A DNA stretch of 64,000 nucleotides, taken from the NCBI GenBank assembly GCA_030248215.1, contig JASANG010003092.1, positions 124,001-188,000 on the forward strand. Reading direction: 5' to 3'. Source of the stretch: Enoplolaimus lenunculus (lineage: Eukaryota). Positions 25,401 through 39,511 of this stretch are shown one piece after another (positions within the stretch are counted from its first letter, which is position 1; the number at the start of each line of letters is the position of its first letter). The translations under genes were made by a program, and so were the position numbers. The notes beneath the pieces are model-generated. The model was not told where the DNA came from. It did not search any database and saw only the letters and a list, made by a program, of their open reading frames with translations.

Positions 25401-28400
25401 CACAGTTATTGCGGCTTTGCAACAGACGTTCCTGACAATGCAATACTTACCAGTGGAACAGAAAGCCAGCTATAAGTATGAAGTTGTCTAAATTTTGCTT
25501 TGAACAAATTCAACTGATTTAGTACATGAGACGCCATTGGGGGCGCTAGATTTTTCTCTTCGTGAAGCAAAGATTCAACCAGCCTTTGACACCAGTCGAT
25601 CGGTATTGCCCAATGAATGATAGCGACGTTGTTGATCTGAAACCATTCAAAAATGTTTTTTCCAGTCGATGCACTGCAAAAAATGGTGAGTCAAATTGAC
25701 TCTCCCCGAAATAGGCTTTTCCGGACTACACAAACTGAGTCAAAATTGGACTCCGCCAGAGTCAAATTTGACTCACTGAGCGACTCATTAAGTCGAGTTT
25801 GACTCCTGCGGAGTCAAATTTTGACTCAGTTTGTGTAGTCCGGAAAAGCCTATTTCGGAGCGAGTCAATTTGACTCACCATTTTTTGCAGTGTGGAATGA
25901 GGCTTTTTTCAAAACTACATTAATGCTTCATCGTTTTGGTATCCAGTTGATATTATAAATTACATAATTAATCAAATCTGAGACACAAATCTGACTTTTA
26001 TACGCTACACAACCAATTAAAATTTATTAAAATATGGCATTTCTGAACCTCTGGGACCCAAACCGTCATACATAGGTCTTACAAGTTTCGAACCAGTGAA
26101 TAATGAGGTTTGAAATTCAAAACTTTTTTGCAGTTAGATTTGAAATTGTAATTCTTCTGTGAAGAACCACACCTGCACGAGTTCGTCAGTTTGAAAACCT
26201 TTCACTAAATGGCAGTGATATGTTTAAAACTTTTCCCTATCCAGATTCCGATTCTTATTTTCAAGTTTTGCCGATTGCGATACCAGCGCTAATTCAATAC
26301 AATGATGTTTAAAGAACTTATAGGATTACTACATTACAATGTTATTAACCCGAAGACTCAAACCGTACAACTTAAACAGTTATAATTTAATGAGAACGGT
26401 TGTTTTCAAATATTTTTTCAAACACAGAAATAAGAGACAACAGTTTCCAGGTTAGTCGCACTGTTAGGCGTCAATAAGTGTAATTGATGGCATTCCTACT
26501 TACTAATTATTGCAAAAAGTATCGACAAAGAATCGGACAATTTCTGTAATGCCGACGGCAATGCTGATACTCACGAAATGTGTCGATACTTAAATATGCC
26601 GATTCCGATGACGATTAATCGGCACATCCCTACCTACAAAATAATGAAAAATGCTCGATTTACATATTTGAAAATATGGGTTCTGGTCTTTGCTATACCT
26701 TATAATAAGATTTCCTAAAACAACTATTGTAACACCACGCGATAATGATTTAACAAAGTTTCGCACTTTTCAAATTAATTAAAAAAACTCTCACAAAATT
26801 ATCACTTGAGTTACCAGTTATGAGCATTGATGTTTCGGTAGGACGGACCTCCAAATGTAACTCACGTGACAATTTTGAGAGATTTGTTTTATTTTAACAG
26901 TGCGAAACTGTTTTAAATTCTCATCGCGTGGTCGTGTGGCCCCCCCAACAGCATCTCGACAAAAATGTTATAGAGTGTCAATTGCTGTTCTACGAAATAA
27001 CTTGAAATCCATAACCACTAATGCTAAAACATTTCCGACAATAGCAGTCAGTTCCAACTCATTCAAAACAGAAACGGATATTGCTGAAGCTGACTGGATT
27101 TTGCTTTTTCAAAACTGATTTGGCTTCCGATTCCGAGCCTTTAAATAATTGAACGAACGTAAGGAAGTCAATTATATGGCAATAGTTCGTGGTTTGTGTG
27201 TGGGTCAAAAATAAGTTTATTACCTGTGAAATTTTGCCCCCCCCCCCCATTTTGAGATCCTGGATCCGCTACTGGCTTCGCTTATAAACTCAGCGTTCTT
27301 ACTTCATAAACGTGCCGTTCATTTTCAGTCATCAGACCCGAAATAACAAAATGATCAATTTTTGGAAACCGCTTGCGGACCCGGGTTGAAATGTCGCGCC
27401 ATGACATTGCCATCGAAAGCACCAAATAACGCACCATTGTACGCCGTCGTACCCGTGACAGTTCGTCGTCTGAGGGTAACATCATATTGATATACGCGTA
27501 TATATCGTCCGGCCATGGTAGTGATAAAAATTGCGAGAAATACCTGAAATACAGAAGCGTATACAACGGAAGGGATAGAGTTGGATATGGGCGGCGACTC
27601 GATGATGGGCGGCGAGTCGATGATGAGCGGCGACTCAATGATGGGAAACGACTCGATGATGGAGCTAACGAAATTTAGAAACGTTTCAGAGAGACAACGC
27701 AGTTTTAACAAGGGCTCTTGTATACTTTCAATACACATTTAATTTTCTGACTTAAACTTGAGCTCAAGTTTACGCTTTGGTAAAGGTTAAAACACTTGGC
27801 TTTGGTAAAGGTTAAAACACTCAGGTTTTGGTAAAGGTTAAAACAAAAGTTTGGGCTTTAAGCTTCGGTAAACATTTTCCAAAACTTAAGCCGCCCAGCA
27901 AAACTAAGCCTAAGCTTGAGCCTACCACTGTGGGTAAAGGTGCACAATAGCTTCAGCAGGTTTTAGAAAAACCGTTACAGATTTTTCTCTGACGTTATAA
28001 TGACCGGAAACCTTGCGCAGGACCAATGGTGAAACAGGAATTCAAAGTTCGCTTACTGCCATGAAGAGATAGACTCAAAAGTTTTGCTACAGTTGCGATG
28101 AGGGTCAAATACACAACTTTACATTCGCAGCCGAAGATCAACCAGTTTTGCTGGAACTGAAGTCGGTGGTGAAACAAATCTACGCCGTTAAAATAACATC
28201 CGAATTGTGAAAGGTAAAAAATGTTTCATAATGTTATCAAAAGATAGTCTTTAAGTTTCTTCTTAAATCTTTACGCCCGTAAAACTTCAAAAATTACACG
28301 TCAGTGACTCGGGGCGGTGAACTACCAAGCGTAAGGAAGGGGCGCACCCATAGGCTACGCCATCATTGCATCCAAAAAATCCAGGGGTCTTGGACTCTGG

Positions 28401-31400
28401 AATATTAGAGTGGAGGTTTCCGGAGAATTTGGAACCACTGAATATGCATGCTTATATGGCACGATTCGGTTACGCAGCACTAACCACAACACTGGAAATC
28501 TGATTAGCTTACATGCAGCAACACGGGATATTTTTTGGACATTTTTTAAGAAATCTGTTGAAACATAGTAAAATATGAATACCACCTATCACCAGATTGC
28601 AGTTTAAGGCTTGTGAAGCCAAACTTCGGGATTGAACATTTTCAAGTTTGAGGGCGAGTTTATACGAAGATCTAAATAAACGAACTTTGGATCTGATATA
28701 AACCCGTATTCTGACATGTGTCTAGCGTCTATTACAAGTTGATAGATGGACGTTTTGTGCATTTGGACTAGCAAAATCAAGTTCAGTAGTTTTTAATTTC
28801 AATTAAAAAATGTATATTTGCTAGGATTATGATCAAAATAAAAAATATCAGACGTCAGATCATGAGTGGTGCTATACTGGCTTTCAAATACTATGCTTAA
28901 ACGTACCTCTTGCTAGGTTTCGGCATCTCGCTAACAAATGAAATAAAAAATAAAAGGACAAATACTAAATCAAGCATACTTTGCCGGAACTGTAGGTGGC
29001 TGTGCTACTCCCAAATCGTATTTCAAACTAAAAACTAAAACACTAACCTAAAACCACATTTCAAAACTGAGGCCCTGGCTCCACCCAGCATCTCTTATAA
29101 CTTAAGTTAGGCTTAGGCGTTGCTAAACGGCATAAAACTTGTAAATTCTATGCGTGGCGGCTGTGCTCTAATGAAAAGTATACCTAGGCCGTTCGTGGCC
29201 ACTAAATAATTATGTTTGTCAGGCTTAGTGCGCGAAATAATATAGCTAGTCAGGAATGGGCGCTGACGTGTTGTAGTTGCGTTGTATTTATGAAAGTGTT
29301 ACTGCCCGGAAACCAACAAAACATGCAATATAAACACCTATGGGGGCTGTGGTAGCCAGCCCTCATAATCATTATTGAGTTTCTTCACCTTGAATTTGCG
29401 AGTTTTCCGTTTTGCTGATTTTCCCTTAGTGCATTTTGCTGGTTTTGTGAGTTGAGAACAAGTTCGAAGCTAACAGAAATTAGTTACAGAAGCTTTATGT
29501 GAGCGAATCAAGGAGCAAAGCATTTGTTACCTATCGCGTGCAGGGCGCGCAGGGCTTACGGGCGTGAACTGGAGCAACCGGTGAAGTTTGAGGAATGTAA
29601 CTGGGGTTTTCTGAAAATAGGGGAAAAACGACTGCATTTCTGAATCAGAGCTGCATAGCGTCATTGAGAAAAGGAACTCAAAAAGAAGTTGGTAATGGAG
29701 CCGGAGAATCTAGTAAAATCACGAACTTCTCACAGAAACTACGCCTAGTTTATATTTCGACATGCTGTTATTTCTGAAAGGTTTTGCCAAGTACTTTGTT
29801 TAAATGGGGCATTAAACTGGATCAATTTTACTCATGCACGATATGCGCTACCTAGTAAAGCTTTGTGGGGCGACGTTACGTGATATCCTTTCAGATAAAT
29901 TAGTTGTCGACCGGTTCGCAAATATTTTCAAAGCTATGTGCAATTTATAGAAAATCGACCAATGTATAGAACAGGTTCATAACAAAACATATTCCCAAAC
30001 ACAATTCAAAAGCCTAAGCCTAAGCAGAAAAATTGGTGTAACGCTTAAGCTTATTCTATTGCAGTCCAGCAGAAAAACGTTCCGCCCTGAACTTTACATG
30101 GGCCAGAAAATCATCTGTGCTCACATGAAACGGATTTCCCCCGTGCATCCCAAGTCACTACCGAGACTGAAGAAAGAGCCTTTGAGTTAAACTTTAAATT
30201 GAACAATGATACGTAATTTTAGGCTTGAATCGTCATGCCAGTAGCACATTTTTGGTTCTTGTATTAGATGTTTTAGCCTACTGTAAACCACTTTGCTGTA
30301 ACGTGCATATATAAATATATATAAGGAATAGAAAGACCAAAAACGGCAGGATACTAACATTAATACTCACGGTTGTGCATTGCATTCACGTTTGCATAAC
30401 AGCAAATATCTTATTTGTAACCTAAATTATAGCCCGAACCATTTTTAGTCAAACTAAAATACTAATCCGTAACCACTAACCTCTTACTTAAACCAAAACG
30501 CTGGTGTGATGAAATAAAGTTATAACAACCGTTGTCTTTGGTAGTATAGAACAGGGCCGCAACGGTAGCATAAGCATATTCCTACGCCTGCTAAAAGCCT
30601 AAACGTCAGGATGAGCTTATACCTAAGCCGAAGCCTAAGCAAAAAATAGTCTAAAGCTTAAGCTGTATTGCAGTTTCACAAAAAAGACACCACCCCGGAT
30701 CTTTATATGAACCCAAGCGTTGATAGTCAGGCTTATATTAGCTTTAAACGTACGACTTTTGTTTACACTGCGTATGAAATAATATAATCAATGCCTAATT
30801 ATATATTGGTCGTATTGAACCAGAGACTAAACTTAAGCGAAGTCTTAGTAAGTCGAAGGCAGGTCGAGCTTGGAATTAAGCTGGCCCTATTTTAATTTTT
30901 GTTCGAAAAAGTCAGAAAGCCAACGCTACAATTAAAGTATCTCCTTCAAGACCTATATTATGAAACGCACTAACGACAACAAAGCATTTTCGAAATAATG
31001 ATTTGCGGTTCAAGATACGCCGTGGCAAACTGCCGTGCTTACGATTTGCTCAGAATATTGGCCTACGACATATTATTGCTGACTTTCTATTTAACTTTAT
31101 CAAATATAAATACTTGAGCAGATGCGAGTTGAACCCTATTAATTCTCACTAGCGTTGTTTCACCTTGCGGCCGCAAACGGCGTCAATTGTGATGTAAATC
31201 ACGCAATGCCCAGCGTTGGACACTGTTGAAAGACAAAATTAGGACCTCATTACACTTATCGACGGCGCCAGACGACGTTACAGGTCAACAAAACTTGATA
31301 TCTCAAATTGCTATGCGGTGTCAAGCGGCAAAATGTGTTGTTAAAATTACATGGTACCACCGTTTAATGGACAGTAGTACGTCAAAGTTTATTTCTTCGC

Positions 31401-32390
31401 GCCAAATACGGAATTAAAAATGCTGACAGAAACAAATACGTAGTTTGTACCGTAATGTAACGAATGAAACGTTTCGTTGCTTATCGTTCACGTGGAAAAA
31501 ATATTTCAACTTCATCTGATGAATGCTTACTATGGGTTTACATTCGAATACATTCAGCTTGAATTGTCCTACGCTCTGATTTATGTCGTTTATGCTTAAA
31601 AGTTAATATTCGACTTACCTAAATTAGAAAATAGACTTTAATTTACAGTTCGATTATGTTGGTAAATTGGCAACCCTTATAGTAATGATCATTTCGTTGC
31701 ATAGCGACGACTTATAGCTCAAAATTTGGGCCAAATTTTAAAATTTAAATCATAAACCTTCACTTTAAATCGTAGAGTCCAAATCTCAAGTAAAATTTCG
31801 ATTTAAGCTAACATAGTGTTGTTAGCAATCTTTCTGTGACCTGTGGCCGTGTTGTAAAATGTGTGTAGCACCCATCACCAGCTATTAATTTGTGACCTGT
31901 GGCCGTATTGTAAAATGTGTGTAGCACCCATCACCAGCTAGTGATATGTCTTGTACCTTGTATGAACTTTGGCACATTTCTTAAACAAAGTTCATCTTGC
32001 TCCAATACCAAAATTTAGATCAAATGCTGCCACTGTGCTTGCTTCTTTCAAAACCTATTACCAACTGACAATAATTGCTACACACAGTTGACAATTCGAC
32101 TGCTTGTCAGTGAAAATAGACATAAACGTTCAGACTCACCTTGTAACCATTGAACTGACGTAAAAGCCCAACAAAAACGTAATCGGAATCATATTCAGAT
32201 GTTGTTCAAATTCCAGCACAATGGTACGAAATAACAACCGGTTCTCCTCGTTCGTGATTCCGTAGCGGTAATAGAAACTTATTGAAAAATATAAAATATA
32301 AAATATTGTCAACTCTTTCCAAATTACTCGCCACAAGCTGCCACGCCATCGAAATAAGACAGCCACGCTACCACTGTGCCAGACCGTCAT
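22450..32390 (-). CDS. Bestrophin-family anion channel, 7 exons, ~501 aa
   Basis: Exons 32390-32140, 27543-27303, 25636-25451, 24983-24819, 24046-23914, 23553-23423, 22848-22450; all GT-AG and in frame. Family motifs: LFRWRGSLW, IPITFLLGFYV, LPWPD, RRTMVRY, VRKRFP, WLSVPLAYTQV, GRQFLDP, FLFYIGWLKV, HPFGESDDDFE. Confidence 0.93.
24583..24738. mobile_element. CACTG-ended foldback MITE (internally deleted copy)
   Basis: Same sequence family as 25672-25892. Confidence 0.75.
25672..25892. mobile_element. CACTG-ended foldback MITE (CMC/EnSpm-Mirage-like)
   Basis: ~100-bp inverted arms CACTGCAAAAAATGGTGAGTCAAATTGACTC... built from GAGTCAAATTTGACTC palindromes; 2-bp TSD TG. Other copies at 24583-24738, 35577-35744 (TSD TT), ~36690-36835 and ~54222-54408. 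Confidence 0.85.
27588..27662. repeat. 18-bp tandem repeat x4 (GGGCGGCGACTCGATGAT)
   Basis: Read directly; lies just upstream of the bestrophin exon-2 acceptor. Confidence 0.8.
29959..30103. mobile_element. MITE family T1 copy
   Basis: CCAATGTATAGAACAGG...GCCTAAGCCTAAGC...CCGCCCTGAACTTTACATGGGCC. Further copies at ~30544-30713 and ~36096-36289. Confidence 0.7.
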
Positions 32391-32450
32391 ACGTGTAATT
32401 TTTAATCACAATTTTAATTTTAATTTAATAACAAATTTAGTAAATTTGTG

Positions 32451-32743
32451 ACAATTTGTCGCCCGACAACTTGTTGAAATATGACTAAAACAAACTTTAG
32501 CGAATTCTATATTCGGTACAATATAATTTCAACATTCAATTCGGTACAATATTATTTTACATTCCAACATTCCAATATTTTGTTGTTTTATTCTGTTAAC
32601 AATTTGTCGCCCGACAACTTGTTGAACTATGACTAAAACAAACTTTAGCGGATTCTATATTCGGTACAATATAATTTCAACATTCAATTCGGTACAATAT
32701 TATTTTACATTCCAACATTCCAATATTTTGTTGTTTTATTCTG
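32451..32743. repeat. 148-bp direct tandem duplication immediately upstream of the bestrophin ATG
   Basis: Units start at 32451 and 32599; about 2 mismatches seen. Confidence 0.9.
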
Positions 32744-35576
32744 CTAATATCCAGGCGATATAATTTTATGTATGTACACAGCTTTTAAACTGTAAATTGC
32801 CACATGATCGGCCGGAATTGGAATGCCAGTATTCATTATTCGAATCATGCAGACTAATAATATTTTCACCAATTGTTTTGATCAATTACCATATTATACA
32901 TTGCGAAAATTACGCAATGCAACGAGAGCGTGCTTGTTAACTATTACCATGGAATTTGTGAAATACCGTTATTTTTACAGTTCATCGCCATGTTCTACTT
33001 AATATACAACATGAGTTTTAAGACAATCGAATGGAAATTTTATGTCTAAAAGCGGTATATAAGAACATAGCAATCCAACTTCTGGGGGCATTAATTCTGA
33101 AACCACTCTCATCTGGTTCGTAACTTCTGTTTCTACTGTTCAAGCAAGTGTATTTAGTATTCTAAAAACATTTACGGAATTATTTCAACATTACTTTCAT
33201 TTTCCGATTTAATTCAACATTATTTTTGGATGTTGGCACAATGAAGAACAGTTTATGATTTATATCTTTACCCAATCTGATTTGTAAGACATTAAAAACC
33301 GTTTTTTGTAAACGAAAATGTATGGCAATAGCGAAAATGTGTGTACATTACCTAAAAACGTTACAATTCCAATGACAAAAAACCACAAGGAACTATTTCT
33401 GTACACAGTCCAGTATTACGAACCATTTAAATTTGCTGAAAACAAATACACAATTTTTATTCAAAACCCCATGACCAGTTTAACATGCTTCCGGCAAAAT
33501 TGATTTAGAAGGGGTATTCGGTTGATTCAACACACAAACACACAAAACAAGGCTAAAACGCTTGCATGGGAAATAATTTTTTCTCTGGGAACTGCACCAC
33601 CCCATCCCCCTTCTCCGGTTGCGGACACGTTTTATCAGGTTCTGTAACAAGGACCAAGTATTAACCTAATGGCAGTATAAATTATGATTATTTCGAATAA
33701 AAAACAGAAATAAACCATGTATTGACTCAAATGACAGCCAATAGAAGACGATGATTGACAGTTATGCTCTTTTAGTATTTTGTTCTAAAAATGAAATCGG
33801 AAACATTGAATTTTCGTTCGAACAGTCTTGACATTTGAGTCAAATGTCTGACTGGTTCGAACAAAAAACAACTTGTGATCGATATCATTTTCGACAATAG
33901 GTAGGGAAGCCCAAAGCAGATAAAACAGTGCGTAAAAATCCTGTTTCTCTGGCCTGAAGGCGTCACCGAAAACCTCAAAATTGGTTTGACCACTGAAACA
34001 TTGTGGTTCAAACTTTTGCCTGTATGTTTACAATTCGACAGAAATAGTCGCACTATTCAAAACGGTTGACAATGACTGCTTACGTTAAAAACGATTTTAG
34101 CAAATAATCACCTTGTGTTTGGTAAGCTCATGACTATACTTTGTGTAATATTTAATTTGCAGTTGGCGTGATCCTATTATTAAGAAATCTAGTGTTAATT
34201 TATAATATTAATACAAAGTTTCCGATTTGTGAGTTAATTTTCATACGGGGTACGATTAATTAACTTTTGTATAGCAGTTTCTCGTTAATTGCCCATCGTG
34301 AACCTAGTTGTTGCTTTATGTTTACTAACATTAACAGTGGTATTCCTATAGCACTGTTATTTTTGTTTTAGCAAGCCAAACAAATATATTTTTAAGTGAA
34401 TGAATATTAATGCTAATTTAAACAATGATGGATTATTTTTGCCTTAACCCTCAATGAAACGGTTTTTTGGCTCTGGGAATCTTTTAAGTGCGAAATTTAG
34501 GCATTTTTGCACTCAAAACAGTGCCTTCGAAAATAGGACAACTTTTAAAATTTTGATAGCGACCTCCATGTTAAGCTACCAAGATGCCTCATAATAGTTA
34601 ATCCGGGGCATACTATTTTCAGGGCGCGCCCATTTGGGAAACTGGAAGACAGCGGGACTATATGGCTGTGTGGCTTAGGCTTAGATTTCGGCATAGGCAT
34701 AGGTTTAAGATTACCTGGAAAAACACTACACTTTAACGTCGACCCTTGCTTCAGTTACTTTCCGCACGATAAGCGTATACTATATAATAGCTCACATTAA
34801 CGTGTAAGAATAGATTTATATCAGTTGAAAATTAAATCGGTAGCGAACATGCTTTTTGTCAACGAACAATTTCAGGTGCATGAACCAAGTGAGCCTCAAT
34901 TTTCTTGCTTCAGACTTACATCCCGCCTCCGTACCCGTCTCACAGCAACGCTTAAACAAATGAAGCATCAATAAATTGAAGTTAAAAAATTTTCAAATCA
35001 AAATACAAACACAAAGTTGTAAATCGCCTTTCTGTAACTTCTAAACGCCATCTGCTCGCAGCTCGCCTTAGAACGGGTTTAGAAACCAATTAAGATGCTT
35101 CAGCATATTTTTACACTGTTCAAACCACTGAAATGACTGAGGGAATTAATGATATATATATAAATATATATATATTTGTATATATTTACATATATATTTA
35201 TTTATTTACTTATTTATTTATTCGTAACATGTGGAAAATGACACTTTTTTAATATTCATAGAGTTTGCCCAAACGTTAATTATTAATAATTGAGCAAAAG
35301 AAATGTAATTTAGTTTGACAAACGCTATCCAATACATTTAGCCGTAACGTATAAAAAATATCTCTAATTAGCGGCCGAACAAATAAGGGACTGTAGTGGT
35401 ATGTTATAATACAAAAAGTTGACGGAATGGTGGCAAATGACAAAATATATACATTCATTTCCGTGGGTACAATTATGATAGTTTCAGCTGGTCCGCTACA
35501 ATCAAAGGTGCATAGTCAGGAGATTTCATTTAGAGAGCGTATAACATCATACAAAGGTCTTCTGCAAACGACCGTT

Positions 35577-35744
35577 CACAGCGAAAAATGGTGAGTCAAA
35601 TTGACTCTTTCCGAAATAGACTTTTCCGGACTATACAAATTGAGTCAAATTCGACTGTGGCGGAAACGAATTTTGACTCAGTTTGTGTAGTCTGGAAAAG
35701 CCTATTTCGGAAGGAGTAAATTTGACTAACCATTTTTTGCAGTA
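35577..35744. mobile_element. CACTG-family foldback MITE copy
   Basis: CACAGCGAAAAATGGTGAGTCAAATTGACTC ... CCATTTTTTGCAGTA, with TT on both sides. Confidence 0.75.
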
Positions 35745-38700
35745 TTACGAGCATGCAAAATTTTAAACCTGTAAAAGTAGTATTTTTGCTTCTCGAAAAA
35801 TTTCGAGCGGAGATATGATATATCCCTAAGTCTGCCTTGCATATGCCCATGCTCGCAATCTACTAAGCTTGCTTTTGACTGTAAGTAAAACCTATGGGAG
35901 ACATTAGTCTAGTTTTGAAAGTACACGCCTACTTACATCAAAGTCAATTAGCGTGTAATGTTGCAATATTTAATACACTCAAAGATATAAAATAATTTTA
36001 ACTATATTCAAAAAGTGTTGAGTTAACACAAAAATGGTAGACAGTCTTTAAATTTTAGGATTCTAAAACAACTATAGGTTGCCTAAAACTTAGAACCAAT
36101 GCATAGAACAGGGATGTATATTAAGTAGCATAAAGCATATTCATAAGCCTAAACCTAAGCATCAGCTTAGCATAAGCGTATTAATGAGCTTATACTTAAG
36201 CCTAGCCTAAGCAAAAAATTAACATAAAGCTTAAACGTACGCTATTGCAGTCCCACAAAACCGTTCCACCCCTGATCTTTGCATGGGCCGAAGTCAGTTA
36301 AGAACGGACCTCATAATCAGTCAGGATAAAGGGAACAACGGCGTTAGACCGGAGCAGCGACTAAGGCTCTGCAGCTGCGGCACTACGCAGTTCTAGAAAA
36401 AACCTAAAAAGCGTTGCAGTCCTGTGATACCATAGTGTAAATAGCAATCACCGTTCAGAAATATCGATCAAAAACGCGCGATGTTCATTTTTTCGTCAGA
36501 CTCTGTTCAATTTTTCGTCTTTTGTCCAAGAGAAATTGAACACCCATTTTGAGCTATGGGTGCAATTTTGGCTTCCTAAACGGTTGCAGAAACAACCGGA
36601 ACGTCCCAAAAACCTATAGAACTCATAAAAGAACAGATAGCTAAGCTGTGAAAAAAAATCTTGAAATATACCCGTTTTTGTTCAATTCAGTCAAATTGAC
36701 TGAGTCAAATTCGACTCACTGAGCGACTCGAGTGATTCAAATTTAACTTTGACAGAGTTCGACTTTGACTTAAGTTTGTGTAGTCCGGAAAAGCCTATTT
36801 CGGAGAGTCAATTTAACTCATCGTTTTATGCAGTGTACATATGTACATATGAATTAATGAATCTTCGAACGTAGAAATAATTTGTATACAATCAATTTAT
36901 GGACAGTTCGTTGCTGAGAGGTGTTTGACGTACCGTCTTATCCTCGCGTACCATTTTAAGGACACCCAAGGGTGTTGCTAAACGTTATATCGAAAACAAT
37001 CACGTGCGTTCAAGTAATATTGCTAATTGTTGCACGTCTGATACTTGTGACACACAGTTTCTGTTTTTATCTGCTTAATGCAAGACCTGTCGCGTTACTG
37101 GTTTACTTTCTTCCTACTAATAATAATTTGATAAGTTTTCCAACATAACTTTATTTTTTTAAAGTCTAAGCTATATGCTTAGGCTATTAATAGTACGAAA
37201 CTTAAGCTTTATTAAGCCTAAACCTAACCGTAAGGCTTCTGCCTATTAAAATCAAGGTGTTATACGGTTGAAGTTTTTGTTAGGGCAATAAATATGTACC
37301 AAAAAACCCCACAAGACATTGGTTGCACCGTCAGCTCTGAGGCCCGCAAAACCTTAGGGGGTAATTCGCAGCCTTCCTTGAGAGTCCCCCTTTCTTATTA
37401 TTTCAGTGCTGTGTTAATATATTAATAGCCCAAAAATCGCCATTCCATTCCAGAGGCGTGGCATTGGGTCGTGTTGTCCCAGTGGGAATTCGTTAAATTA
37501 TTGATAAAAGAAACGAAAACAATGTTCAAAGCAGATCAGATGACATATTAAAACACACATATACGTAACGAACGATGTAGGGTATTGTTTTTTAAGTTGC
37601 GGTTTTTTAACTTTAACAGACTCGGAAAAACAAAAAAAAACGTTTTCTTCCATAAATTTATTGTCTGTCCGCAACAAATTTTAAGCATACGCTCGTATTT
37701 ACAATTTAAACATATATGCTGTCTACAGGTTGTTAAACGGAGAGTAAAAATATGGAAACGGATAGCGATCAAAATAACGGAAACGGAAATGTGGTAAGTT
37801 GCATCCTGATTGTCAAAATATCGACTTTAAACAAATCGACTGCAAGATATTTTGTATTTTATGTCAAACATACTATTGAGTATTGACATTTGTGGTGTTA
37901 ACATCATTAAGTAGTTAATAATATCAGAAATTAATAAATTATAAGATTTTAGCTAAAAATAACCTCTGCAATTCTATGTTTCAAACATCCTGCTTTGGTT
38001 GTTACAACTGAAATTTCAGATTAATGCTTTTCCGCTGAAGTTATACTTCTTGTGGGTTTCAAGTCCATCTGGAACCATACGGTATCATCCCCGGCTCCGT
38101 CCGACACAGGGTGTGGTGTCAAATCGCACGACATTTGGCAAGTGACAACGAAGTGTTTTCAAAACGATTTTTGAACGAAAAATTTTACAGTCTCAGCGTT
38201 TGCCAGCAGACGATGGCGTACGGCCGCCGACCGACCACTGTAGTGCCACCGTATGTTACAGTTTACATGAATTGCGAATAAAGCTCAGACAAAGTTCGGA
38301 ATTCGTAGTATATTTTAGGCTATAAAAGACAGCGTGTACTGTTTTAGGAAGCAAGCTAAAGGTGTTTGTCGTTCTACGAAATGTAAAGACAGCTTTGACA
38401 CAAAATATAAATCTTATAAACCGCACTGCAGTATAATTACTTAATATTTACCAAGATGTTAAAAACTCACTTGAAAAAACAAGGACCCGTTGTGCTTCTG
38501 TCGGTCAAGTGGGCGTAAAAAACGATGTTGTTTGATGCATATTATTTAGCTCCTTTAGTCTCTTATTACCCATCCGCAATGCATATATCTCTGTTAAGAA
38601 CTGATGTGGCAAAACAACCATCAAGTTAAGGATTTTTTTAAAATGAGAGTGATATACGCAGTAAAATTTTGTAAGACACTCCACACTATGCTTAAATCTT

Positions 38701-39061
38701 TTTTGCGACGGTATAGATTATCTCCAGCGTACAACAATAGGCAGTCAAAAAACATAGATAAATGTTTGAGAAAACTATAAAAACCTGTCTTTGTTTGACA
38801 TAACGATTCGCTATTGGCCTTCTTAGAGCATAAAACCAAAACGTTGCAATCTATAGTGCAGAATAGTAATGGAACCAGAATCTGAAACCTGCAATTTTTA
38901 GTTTATACGACTCAATTCCGGGAAACACGTTCACTTGAGTCGACATCGCCGCTAGGGCGTAGCCAGGATTTTTGTTTGGAGGAGGACACTTAAATATGTA
39001 TGCTGTTAATCAATTTTCATCAATAAGCATGTGCTGCAGGGTGCAAAACGGAGCTGGATTA

Positions 39062-39511
39062 CTGTATTGACCCGAATAAGGGGGGAGGGGGTAATAAGAG
39101 GGGGTCCCTATTTTGAGTCCCGATCAATAGGAGTCCGTATCCCTAATAAGAGTCCGTAAGCGGAGAGGGTCCCTAAACCGTAATTAGAGTCCATAAATGA
39201 CAATTATTCCTAATTGTAGCACATAATTGACTCCAGGACCAAATAAAGTTGAGTTCGAAACATAAAGCGCGCTTAAGTTTTGAAAATAACATTCCAAAGT
39301 ATAACCTTGCATTATCTCTCAAGCTTTTGATGTAATGGAAAAAACGTTTGATTCAACGGATAGTTGCAATACCAAATAATATATATCAGTAACGAAGGAC
39401 GGCAAAGGGCGGGTTAAAAATTATTAACAGACCGTAACCATATAACAAGGAGGGTAGCCTCACGAAAGGGCAAATAAATATCAGTCCCGCCTCTCATTCG
39501 AGTCATTACAG
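39062..39511. mobile_element. Tc1/mariner (pogo-like) MITE
   Basis: TA|CTGTATTGACCCGAATAAG ... CTCATTCGAGTCATTACAG|TA. Related element at ~13710-14082. Confidence 0.65.
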
